DNA of 54,548 nucleotides, filler included, from Catajapyx aquilonaris (lineage: Eukaryota): the NCBI GenBank assembly GCA_000934665.2. It is 2 parts of 2 records of this genome, joined end to end, with 100 filler letters (N's around TTAATTAATTAA, not from the genome) between each part and the next. Parts side by side here need not be neighbours in the genome. Positions count along the whole stretch, not along the records: positions 1 to 27,182 come from KZ539285.1; 1 more part is not named here. The stretch is one strand, 5' to 3'. This document shows positions 1 to 10,580 of this stretch, piece by piece. How positions within the stretch are numbered: position 1 is the stretch's first letter; each line of letters begins with the position of its first letter. The notes beneath the pieces were generated by a model. That model saw only the letters and a list, made by a program, of their open reading frames with translations, was not told where the DNA came from and ran no database searches. A program made the position numbers and the translations under genes.

Positions 1-199
1 GTTGAATCCTACCAAGGGTCAGGATCGCTGGTAAAAAAAATTCGAAGGTGATTATACACCCTTTTTCCCTTCTCCTTCCCTTTTGTTCCCTTTTTTTTGC
101 TTGTTCTTTTTTTCCTCCTCCACTTCCACTCTCTCGTATTTTTTCTAATTCTGACTTCATTTTGATTTTCGGGAACAACTGGAAGCAACCATTTCCTGT

Positions 200-3100
200 T
201 TATGTAGTGTTCTGTCTCTTCGCGTCCTTCTCGTCCGTCTCTTCTTGGACCTCCCTTTTTGCTTCTGGGAATACTAGATAGCCAGTGCCATATTCCACAG
301 GAACCAGGGGAATTCCAGTTGATTCCAAGGCTTGCTGCATGCAAAAGGCCCAGTGTGACAAAGAGACATATGCACAGTGATTGTCTTGCTAGGATACTCT
401 AACATTCATCAATAGCTTTTTAACTATTGTGCAGTTCCCTCTAGCATCCAAGCACTTTTGTGTGCGAGTCTGCATACCTTGTTTTGCAATATGCAAGGTA
501 AATAATGATAAATCATTTTGTTTGTTGATGATACAAAGGAATACAACTGTGTGGGCTGTGACTGGGCAAACACACAGCAGATGTAAATTTCGTACCTGGC
601 CGGCAGCACAATCCGTCACCCAGTGCCCTCGCTGGTGGCACTTATAACATCGGTAGTTCGCATTCGGACCTCCAGTTTGTCTGTCTCCATACCTCAGCCT
701 CAGGAACCTGAAGAAAGAGGAGGTCATATGCACATCCAATGATTACAATTACAATGTAGCAGGCGACAAAACTTGTTCTTCTTGTGCGATGAAGGTTTAA
801 ATCAATTAAATCTCTTTCCTTATCTGCCAGTGTTTCAATACAGAGGCAAAGAAAAGAAGCGACAGTGACTTTACAAACCGGAGATCATTTATTCAAGTGG
901 TTTCCAACCGGGGGGTCACGGGCAGGGTCGCGAGCCTTGGTTCAACTTCTTTTTTTGCAATTTCTGTGCCAATTGAACCATTTTTGCGGCCGCAAAGATG
1001 GTTCAATTGGCACAGAAATTGCACATTTATAGAAACATGTTTAGGGGGTCGCTGTTGGTAAAAGGTTGGAAACCACTTATTTATTCACTGACGTTGGAAT
1101 AGCTTACCGTGAACGATCATCATCTTGTGTAGACGGAGCCTCGATCTTCATCCCTTCTAGACTGGCGGTCATGCTAGACAATCCACCTGCCTACAATTGA
1201 TAGCAAAATGTCAGGCTACACGTCTCGAGCTATCACACGCATCTGAGTAAACAGGCCACCGTACCAAAAAACATGATGTATTGCATGATTAAATACAGGG
1301 TGTTTCAACTTTTTCGTCCGAACAGTTGTCGGATATATTGCACTAAGCTGCTACTTTTTAAGCAGTGTATGCCACTTCAACCTAAGATTCAACAAACAAC
1401 AACAACACCATCACGACATTTCCCTATAAGGGGTAGTCAGCAGGGGGGTACCTAGGTTACCTGGCGCCCTTGGCAAGAAGCTATACAGGCGCCCCCCCCC
1501 CCCTCCCAGCACGTCTCTAGAAAAATTTCTTTACCGCAAATAAGAGCTGACAGAGGCGGATCCCGGATTTTTTTCTGGGAGGGGCACAAGGGAACTTCTC
1601 GGGGCGGGGGGGGGGGGGGGGGGGGNNNNNNNNNNNNNNNNNNNNNNNNNNNNNNNNNNNNNNNNNNNNNNNNNNNNNNNNNNNNNNNNNNNNNNNNNNN
1701 NNNNNNNNNNNNNNNNNNNNNNNNNNNNNNNNNNNNNNNNNNNNNNNNNNNNNNNNNNNNNNNNNNNNNNNNNNNNNNNNNNNNNNNNNNNNNNNNNNNN
1801 NNNNNNNNNNNNCCCCCCCCCCCCTAAATCCGCCACTGGCTGATAATATGGGGAGTGTCTGGGGGCTGGTACCGAATCTTCGGAAGGGGCGCCTTAGGCG
1901 CCCCCCATCGGGTTGCGCCCTTGGCGGGGGCCAATTTCGCCACCCCCTAGGTACGCCTCTGGTAGTCAGCGATGACGGGAGCCACAAGCTAACCCAAAAT
2001 ATGAACTACAGTAAAACTTCTATAAGGCGAACTTCCCTAAGTCGAAAATGACGAGCTTGATTGGTCACAATGAAAAATAATAGGAAATAAACTTCCCTAA
2101 CTCGAATTTCTATAACTCGAAGTTCTCCATAACTCGAAGTGCAGGCAGGGCCTCACGATGATTCGCAGGGAATATTCCCCATTCCTCCGACAAACCGGTT
2201 GCAAGTCACTGCTTACAAAGTAGCAGCTTATAGTGCAATATTTCCGATAACTGTTCGGACAAAAAAGTTGAAACACCCTGTATATTTTTAACCATTTACT
2301 GTTACTACCATAATTAGCTCCAGAGTAAGATGGCCTCAATAATACTCCTCAAGTTCATACAAGCATAAGGAAACCAATACTATTTGCATATTTCAGAAGT
2401 TCATTTGGGATGCCAATTTCAAAACTATGACACTGCATAAATTGTATCCTACAATAAAACCCCATAGTTAGATCTTCAAAAAGTAATAACGTCTTGCTGC
2501 CAAAGTGGGTTTACTATTATGGATCCCATTTGATCGTTAGGCAGATTTTCCTCTAAAGACGAAAACCAAATTCAGTTGTGCGCATAAAACGCAATGCAAC
2601 AAAAAATAACTACCATTACGCTTAGAGAAGCAAGCGGGGTGTCTTACCGTAGGATTCAAGGTAAGCGGGATGACTATACGATAATCATGAAAGAAGCAAG
2701 GGAAACAGTGACATACCTGCGACCAGTGGGGGGGACAGCTAACAGAAAAATTAGCTTCGCTAACAGCTAATCAGATACCTGAAGACTTTAGTTTCGCTAA
2801 ATCGCTACCAGTTAAACAGCTCGAAAATTAAGCGGAAGCTAACGCTAACGTTTATTTGGTGAATTTAGTTGGTTTTTTGTTTATTTATTTATTTATTTTT
2901 TTTGCTCTACGAAACTTTAAAAAATAAAAACAGACCCCAATATATATTGCCAAAGGTTTTAGATGAGTGCTTCCCAATTGTTTTCGTTGGCGACCTCAAA
3001 AATAGTCTCGTAAAATTCGCGACCCCTCCCNCCCCCCCAGACGTGCACATCCCTCAACATGGAAAGACAGGTAAACAGTGAAATTAAAATCATTGATAAA

Positions 3101-5841
3101 TTTTATTGTCGAATATTTAAACTGTTCTGTAGGCTAACTTAACTACTTCTTCCTGGAAAACCCGGTTTATTTCCGATAACGGCCGGCAATCGGGCCGTCA
3201 GATGTGAACCGAGTTTAAACCGTATCCAGGGTTTACTTTTGCCCCGAGAAATGAAAATTTCTCTGAACTGGGTTCAAACCGGATTTGAACCTTGTTTACA
3301 TTTGAACCACTGTTCGAGAAATCGACCCTTATTCTAACACTTAAGCATAAAGTGGTGAGCATCTTCATTCCCAGCTCTTAAATACATGTTTACGAGTATT
3401 ACTCTTTTCACTGACAATGCCACTATTGCCACAATAATCTCATCAGATAATCCCCCTCTTTAGATTTCCTTAAAACTACTCATACATTAACACAATTTCA
3501 GTGAAAATCAAAACTTGGAAAATTTCTGAATCTAAAAAGCTACTTCATAAGCTCCATCAATAAGGTACAGTTGAATCAGGATATAACAGACTTCAAGGAA
3601 CCAAGAGAATCAGTCTGTTATAACCATGGTCTGTTATAGCCGAATACACTACCCATAATACGTATATGGAAGTATGCTGGGACCAACCTTTCGAGTCGGC
3701 TATGCTATATAACCGAATGTCTGTTATAGCCGAGGCTGTTATATCCAGATTCAACTGTATTAACTGAGCTGTCTTGACTTGTGGGTTTCATTATGAAACA
3801 GAATGTTGGAATACAAGGTGTTTCATGAAGATTCTGAAAAACTAATAATTCCAGAGCCAAAGAATCATTTATGCAGGAAACACCTTGTACAGCAGTAAAT
3901 CGTTCAGCAGCTGATGCAAATTCAACTCAGCATTTGCCACTGAATCAAACTCTAGACGACACTAAAATGCCAGCTATTCATGCAATTTGCCCCATGCCCA
4001 CTATCACTACTTAGCAATAAAAGATACGCTTGAGAGGTTTGTTGAATTACGCTGACCGACAAAATTGAACTTTTTTTTTTGTTACAAGATAGTCATGTAC
4101 GTGAATATGAGAATGATACCCATTGTATCATTTGCACTGATTTCTAATATACTAATCGATTCTTTCTATCACCCACAGTTTTAGTGTAATCGTCATTTTT
4201 ATGGTAGAAAAGAACTTTCCTTAATAATATAACTAAATTATGGACAAAATTGAACTTCTTTTTGATACATATTCATGAATATGCGATTCCTCTTGTATTT
4301 TGTGCGCGGATTTCGCATATCCAAACTTTTCCTATCACTCAAGAGTTTTTGAGTAATCAGCATTTTTATGGTAGCAATGTCATGCACTTTCAAATCTCAC
4401 ATAATTTGTAATTTGTGAGTAGGTAATGACTAATGGGGCTTAATAATTAATAGGTACCTATGTTATCCTTATTGTGATAGCAGTAGAAAAGCCGAAATCC
4501 TCATATGGAAGCATATTATTTTAAATATGCATAAGGTGTCCTTGAGCAATGTGCAGTACAAAAGGTAGATTTGTTACAAGAAAATTGATGCTGATAGAAT
4601 TTTTCTGACTTAATATTCAATATCAGTGCCTATATGAATGCATAAGCAGCAGCTAAAATTGATCTTGTAACAAAGCCATTGGTGGCCTATAAACTGGTGA
4701 TATTGAGCTATGCAAAGTAGGGCCTACTTTTGTTACTAGAAAACGGATGCCGATAAAAGATTTCTAACTTCATATTCAAAATCAGTGCCTAGGAATGCAT
4801 CAGAAAGAGCTAAAATTGCGCAATATTTAACAAAACCATTGTTGACCAATATATTGGTGACATTGAGTTATGCAAAGTACGGGGAAGTAAGGTTTGCTAC
4901 AAGAAAATGAAGGCTGATAGAAAATATCAGATTTCATATGCCGAATCAGACTATGAATGCATAAGACACAGCTGCTCGCATAGCAAAGCCATTTTGACCA
5001 ATATATTAGTGACAATGATCGATGTGCATAATTTTTTTGCAAAATAAGGGAGGTCTGTTACAGAAAAATTGAGGGTGATGGACACTTTCTGACCTCATAT
5101 TCGGAATCAGCGCCTACTAATACATAGGAAACGGCTAAAATTGTTCATGTTACAAAATCATCGTCGGTAGTGTTATTATTGACTAGCATCAGTTTGTACG
5201 TATACAAACATTTCCCAGTTCTAGTGAATTTATTAATAACTTTAAAAACTTGGAAAAAGTAAGTTCTCACCGGATGGCTTTCATGGCTTGGCCTGACTAA
5301 ACGATGTACTGCAAATTACATGTATATCACCTGAAACAGATAAACCCCCAGCATGCAATATCTATCGGCAGGATTAATGTAAAATTAGACAAAATTAGCA
5401 ATATTCCTATACTGTGCATGACACCCCTTCAACAAAACTAAGTTACACCTCAAGTAGGTACCACATGAAAAAGTTAATAATTTTATTGTACATACCAGTA
5501 CGGGCTCCGGGAGTGGAATTCGGGTCACCACTAGCGACGTGTTCTTGGGAATCAACACGTCGTCGTGCAGGTAAACTATAAACCAAAAAATACCATTAGT
5601 ATCACTGCCTGTGACGAGATATAAGGGCACTGAGCTTTCTAACATGAAACATGCCGAGTCATGAACGGAACTTACGCTCTTTCGTCTGGGCATTCATGAT
5701 TTGCAGATCGAAGTCATTGTTGAGTCCAAGCTCCCTCTGTTGGACAATTGACTTCTTCAGGTCCCCGACACGGATGTGCACTCCATCCAAAACAATCGTG
5801 TTGTTGTACAACGAAGACTCGAACTTGTAGTGCACAGACAT
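200..5841 (-). CDS. RBBP6: RBBP6/SNAMA/Mpe1-like protein, short form (DWNN ubiquitin-like domain + CCHC zinc knuckle, ~191 aa), 5 coding exons
   Basis: Exons 5841-5676, 5575-5496, 1190-1108, 707-596 and 334-200, all GT-AG with matching phases (576 nt). Translation: MSVHYKFESSLYNNTIVLDGVHIRVGDLKKSIVQQRELGLNNDFDLQIMNAQTKELYLHDDVLIPKNTSLVVTRIP (DWNN) ... NYRCYKCHQRGHWVTDC (zinc knuckle) ... ESTGIPLVPVE (resembles the RBBP6 KSTGIP linker), then TAA at 202-200. Probably a paralog rather than the canonical gene; linker exon choice is uncertain. Confidence 0.88.
895..1078. mobile_element. hAT-type MITE
   Basis: TIRs AAGTGGTTTCCAACC / GGTTGGAAACCACTT; exact 8-bp TSD ATTTATTC (887-894, 1079-1086); internal ~68-bp palindrome at ~956-1023. 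Confidence 0.85.
1441..1961. mobile_element. hAT-type MITE nested in the mariner-type MITE
   Basis: TIRs CAGGGGGGTACCTAGG / CCTAGGTACGCCTCTG; 8-bp TSD GTAGTCAG (1433-1440, 1962-1969). Confidence 0.85.
1551..1838. mobile_element. Small TIR element nested in the hAT MITE (spans an assembly gap)
   Basis: TIRs CAGAGGCGGAT / ATCCGCCACTG, GCTGA on both flanks, poly-G/poly-C arms around the N gap at 1626-1812. Confidence 0.7.
3568..3757. mobile_element. Tc1/mariner (pogo-like) MITE
   Basis: TIRs CAGTTGAATCAGGATATAACAG / CTGTTATATCCAGATTCAACTG with TA flanks; internal CTGTTATA subrepeats. Confidence 0.8.
4050..5172. mobile_element. Non-autonomous DNA element with ~115-bp subterminal repeats (possibly CMC/Chapaev/Transib-like)
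   Basis: Recurrent unit AAAATTGA..TGATAGAA..TCATATTC..ATCAGTGCCTA..AATGCATA (about 4 copies, 4580-5130), with inverse-orientation copies at 4130-4370; imperfect ends CGCTGACCGAC / GTCGGTAGTG. Confidence 0.55.
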
Positions 5842-6638
5842 TGCGCAAAAAACTCAAGCTGCTGAGAGAGAAATCAATCAGCAAACTAAATTGTGTGCAG
5901 TTCTGTCATTCCAAGATTTCAGAACAAGTTTGTTGCTGCCACGTTTGACGACCGGTTGTCAAGGCAAGTTGTCATGGAAGCGACCATTTGTCCCGCAATC
6001 TTGGGACGCACAAGTACTTGACTGATCGTAACCCACATCTTGCAGTGATGATGCAACCCAATGCACAGATCCTCTTTGCATGTGACGCTTAGGCGTTTTA
6101 ACACACTGAAAATGAGCCTTCCGCCTGGAAGCGGATTCTCGGAACATTCTCATGACCTATTACGGTTCACTTATCACGGTTCATTACTATTCAAATTACA
6201 TGGTGTGGCGTAACACTTGTAGCCAGGGCCGGCTTTATGCATTTTCTTTCTCTACAGGCCATTCACTTTGCACCTCCCCAACGCCACTCCATCCATTTAA
6301 TATTTATACAAACTGTGTATGTGGTTTCGTGTCATAACCTAAATAGCAGAAAATTATAGTCTGTTTGTTATTCTAAAGCCTGGTTGCGCCACAGAAGGTA
6401 GATCAAAGAAGGAAATGATTTATTTTTCACTACTTCAATGCACAAAACCTGTGTTTAGACTGTTTTCAACAATAATTATTGTTTTCTGCGTGATTTCTTC
6501 CTAGAAAAGGCGGATCGCTGGCCGCTGATTGGCTGTTTTATCCGTTTTGTGTCTCGGCTATATTTGCAAAGTTCACCCCCACGACTCGACTTACTAAATA
6601 CTAACAGCCACGGGGGAGGTGTGGTGAGATGGTAACGT

Positions 6639-7146
6639 ATGGTCATCTGGTAATATATTATTGCTGCTGTTGAAAGAAATAACAAGTCAAGCAGGGTTGG
6701 AAATAATAAATCCTGAAATATCCATTTTACCTTCTTTGGGCTCAATGTGTTCAATGTGGGGCTGGGTCAATTTTCAAGTTTCTTATGTTAAAAGAAGCGT
6801 CTTTTCATGCTTGACCTGGCGATGTAAGAACGATTGACCTACCCTGATCGGATCACCCTCGGGACATTTTTAAATGCACGGAAGATCCCCTCTAGCCCCA
6901 CTCAACGTTATTTGGCGTCTTGGGGGTGATCCGTTCAGGGTAGGTCAATCATTCTTACATTGCTAAGTCAAGCATGAAAGGACGCTTCTTTTAAAGTAAG
7001 TGAGGTTAAAATATACCAGCCCCACATTGAGAAAAATATATTACCCCAAATGTGACCATTAGGGTAAAATGGACATTTCAGGATTTATTATTTCCATCCC
7101 TGCTTAACTTGTTGTCTTTCAACAGCAGCAATTACCAGATGATCAT
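6639..7146. repeat. Long inverted repeat (fold-back element) in the presumed 5'UTR intron of the RBBP6-like gene
   Basis: Arms of ~230 bp are reverse complements, e.g. GGAAATAATAAATCCTGAAAT / ATTTCAGGATTTATTATTTCC and ATTGACCTACCCTGA / TCAGGGTAGGTCAAT. Confidence 0.8.
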
Positions 7147-7457
7147 GTCATGTTGCATAGATTCCCCAAGGCAGGCATGTCGGATGCACAGAAAATCCCG
7201 AGAAATCCCCCACACTGCATACTCCTTGTTATTTGGCACTGTATTGAAAATTTTGCTACTGGTTAACCGCTTACGGAAGGCGAATCGATCTTATACCACT
7301 ATATTAAGCATGAACATTCGCTTCTTTCGACGTATGTAACTTTAATATCGCCTCAGACCCACGTTGATAAAAATGACCCCAAAAGTGGCCAAATGAGGGG
7401 AAAGCGGACATTGCAGGATTTATTATTTCCATCTTGATGGGAATATGCCGTGAAGGA

Positions 7458-7487
7458 AATGAATGAATGAATGAATGAATGAATGAA
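7458..7487. repeat. (GAAT)n microsatellite
   Basis: Direct tandem GAAT repeats. Confidence 0.9.
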
Positions 7488-8227
7488 TTATTTCCAGGAC
7501 TGCTTGATCTGTGGTGTTGTACTTCTCTAGTAATAATCGCCAGCTGACTAGGTACCTACAATATTAATTTCACACTCTCAGCATGTGTTTAACAATGACA
7601 TTGGACCACCTGAAATGTGCCCTTTTTGCACATAAATGCGAATTTTTTTAGCACTTTTATTTTACGCTCTAGGTTAAAACCGTTGCCACCAAAATGTTCC
7701 TCATCACACTCCCGTTCTTTTGTAACATCATGGGGTCACAACAAGAACTCCACTTGAAATAAATTGTTCTTCCGGCTCCATTGTTGCCGAAAGACGTGGC
7801 ATATCTCCGTGGGATTTTCACTTGAGATGCTCTAATTTTGTTTTAAGTAACAACTCATGCGTGTGTGCACACATGATTTTTTATATCAAATTCTGAACTG
7901 ATCGAACCACCAACTTGTCTGTCTTGGCATGGAATGACCCAGCTCCCTATACAATGCACATGTACAGTACAGTACTTCAGGTTACGTGCCCAAGGAATTA
8001 ACAACTCCCCAAAATAGTGTAGCCTACACCAGATCCTGGAACCGGGTGGCTCCATCCGGTTCCATCCAGTTCCAAGCCGGTTCCGGGTCGGTTCCAGAGG
8101 GACCCTGTACACCGGTTCCACGACGTTGTTACCCCCTTGCGCGTGCCTATTATTGCCACTTGATAATTAATCGCACAATGAGGCTGAATGGGGTTAAAAT
8201 TAAGGTAAATTATTGCGAATTCCTTAC

Positions 8228-8310
8228 CTCCTTCACGACCTGCTTCCTCAGTCTCCGAGGGGAAAAAAAACAAAAAAACAAAAAAAAAACAAGATGGCGG
8301 ATGGAACGCG
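8228..8310 (-). promoter_or_regulatory. Probable TSS region / non-coding first exon of the RBBP6-like gene
   Basis: Strong donor GAG|GTAAGG at 8228/8227; YY1/Pho-type motif AAGATGGCGG at 8291-8300; matching acceptor TTTCTCTCTCAGCAG ending ~5859, just upstream of the ATG at 5841. Confidence 0.5.
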
Positions 8311-10149
8311 CAGGGCTGCAGATTCAGGCGTAATCACATTAGGCGTAATAGACAGAGTGATAATAGTTTAAACTGTATTACATCAGTTCCGTTTTTGCAA
8401 TAAGCAAATTTGAAATATGAGTACATGTTAATAGCCTATAGAATATGACTTTGTAAGGAAATGTCTGGTTCTGGCAACACTGCAGGCGCCATTTCGAATT
8501 TCTTCGCGGATGATTTTCATTTAGATTTCACAAATTAATGTCATCCCAGAACACTTCCAGGCCTCTTCGTGGCTGAGATTTCAGTTAGATATAAGTCAGG
8601 GTTGAGAGGCTGATATCGGGTCGACCCATCTCGTTGGGTCGACCCCCCTGATCAAATTAAATTTCAAGATAAAAGCAGTCATAATGTATGCTTGAAAATT
8701 CTGGGATGAATAAACAAATTTAAACCAGCAATAATTTATTTACCCAAAATGATGTTTTTCTCCCATTCATGGAGCACAAGTAACTATGTGATGGAAACCC
8801 ATACAAATATTGGAACTTACCATGTACCCACATCTGTCCAGCACCTGTCAGGTCCCGACATGCAAAATTGACCTGTACAGCCTAAAATGAAGGTCAAGGG
8901 TTCAATAAGACTAGTTCTTTTTATCCACGTTATGCACCCATTGGTGTGGCCTACCTACCCATCGAATTTGATTAAAATCTATTGGAAACTACAGGGTGAC
9001 ATTTTGTTGTTGGCTTTTTCCGTTGTGAAAAGCAACTCTATGTGTGCATAGTATTAAATAAAATGCAGATTTATAACGATCTATTTTTTAATGTGCCATC
9101 ACTATAAATTAGCATATCTCTATGATGTTGATGTTAGTCTGGCTTGATTATGTGTATTGTAGGCATAGAGGTGAGCCATAGCACTCAATCGTCACTTCCT
9201 TAGTAAGTCTTCTAAAGAGGAGTAAGATGTAGAGGGAACAGAATCTGCGGGAAGAAAAGACAATTTGTTATTTTTTATTATTTTCTCTTCAAAACACTGC
9301 CTACCATAATTATATCGCGCAATCTCAGTGTATTTTCCACCATCAAGATCTATGGTACAATGTATTCTTATTTTAGTGATAAACCTATATTAGGCCTGTA
9401 CACTGTTGCAAAGACTGCGACTGGATGATTATTGGCATTTACGCAACCAGAATGTAACTTATATAACAGCTGGATTCACTGACACAATTTTAAAAGCCTG
9501 GATAATTATATCGCATCATTATGAATGACAATATTGTCCTTCAGGATCGAGTGTTGGACCATGTGTTAGCACATAACAGAAGTTCCAAGTGTGGTATGCT
9601 AGTTCTGTTCTATTATTATTTTATTCTCACCTGAGCTCTCGAAGTGGAAAACTTTGGTAACAAATTAATCACGACGTTGTGACTTGGGCTTCACATCATG
9701 GGAGATAGTCCATTTATTCTGGAAAAATTCCAGCTTGGTCTGCAACCCTCGTATGATGGGCTGGAAGGATTACAATGTTTATCATAATAATATATGGCAG
9801 GCATATACAGAAACAACCTTAACTCAACTAGATCAGAGAAGGGAAACCCGAGCTTGTGATCTAAGTCATCTAACATAGCGTCTTTCTGTAATTATACGGC
9901 TAACTCTGGAGGTAGGTCTTGTTTGCACGCAGACCATAGTTACCCTTAACTAACGTACCGGTACTGCACTGTACTGAGGCGAATATTCTTTCCTCTATCG
10001 GCTTGGTGATGTCCATTTAGCCCTAAATATTTATAATGAGCCAGCAAGCCCGGATTTTCTGCGTTCACACTTGTGTAAGAAAGTGCAAGATCGAAATTAA
10101 TCTTTGCTTTTATTTGAATTAACTCGAAACTGGTTTTTAGTGTATAATA

Positions 10150-10511
10150 CAGGGTGATCAAACTTGTTTGTCGTTTTAGTTATTGACAAATTCGGCCTAA
10201 GCCCTGGCCTAAGCCCGTTCCCTGGCAACCCCGTCCGGCGGGCCAATTCAAACATCAGCCCATGGAGAGCGCTTCCATTGTTGCCACTGTTTACAAATCG
10301 AGTGAGTGAGTGCGCAGGCAGAAGAGACCCGTCGCTGTGTCGTCCGCGTCACTCACTCGATTTGTAAACAGTGGCAACAATGGAAGCGCTCTCCATGGAC
10401 TGATGTTTGAATTGGCCCGCCGGACGGGGTTGCCAGGGAACGGGCTACAATATAAGCAGCTTAGGCCGAATTTGTCAATAACTAAAACGACAAAAACGTT
10501 TGATCACCCTG
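10150..10511. mobile_element. Near-perfect palindromic Tc1/mariner-type MITE
   Basis: CAGGGTGATCAAAC...GTTTGATCACCCTG with TA flanks; ~165-bp arms are almost fully complementary. Confidence 0.9.
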
Positions 10512-10580
10512 TATACTAAATTTATCAATTCATATCATAATTAATGTAATGTAGGAATGCTGTGGAATTAGATTCCTCAC

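Larger units (their letters stand above)
1296..2280. mobile_element. Tc1/mariner-type MITE carrying nested insertions
   Basis: ~70-bp TIRs starting CAGGGTGTTTCAACTTTTT and ending AAAAAGTTGAAACACCCTG, flanked by TA on both sides. Confidence 0.85.

Noticed and set aside
9..344. 111-aa Lys/Arg-rich minus-strand ORF as the RBBP6-like last exon
   Set aside because: Wrong phase for the upstream donor; the homologous STGIP motif is in another frame that stops at 200.
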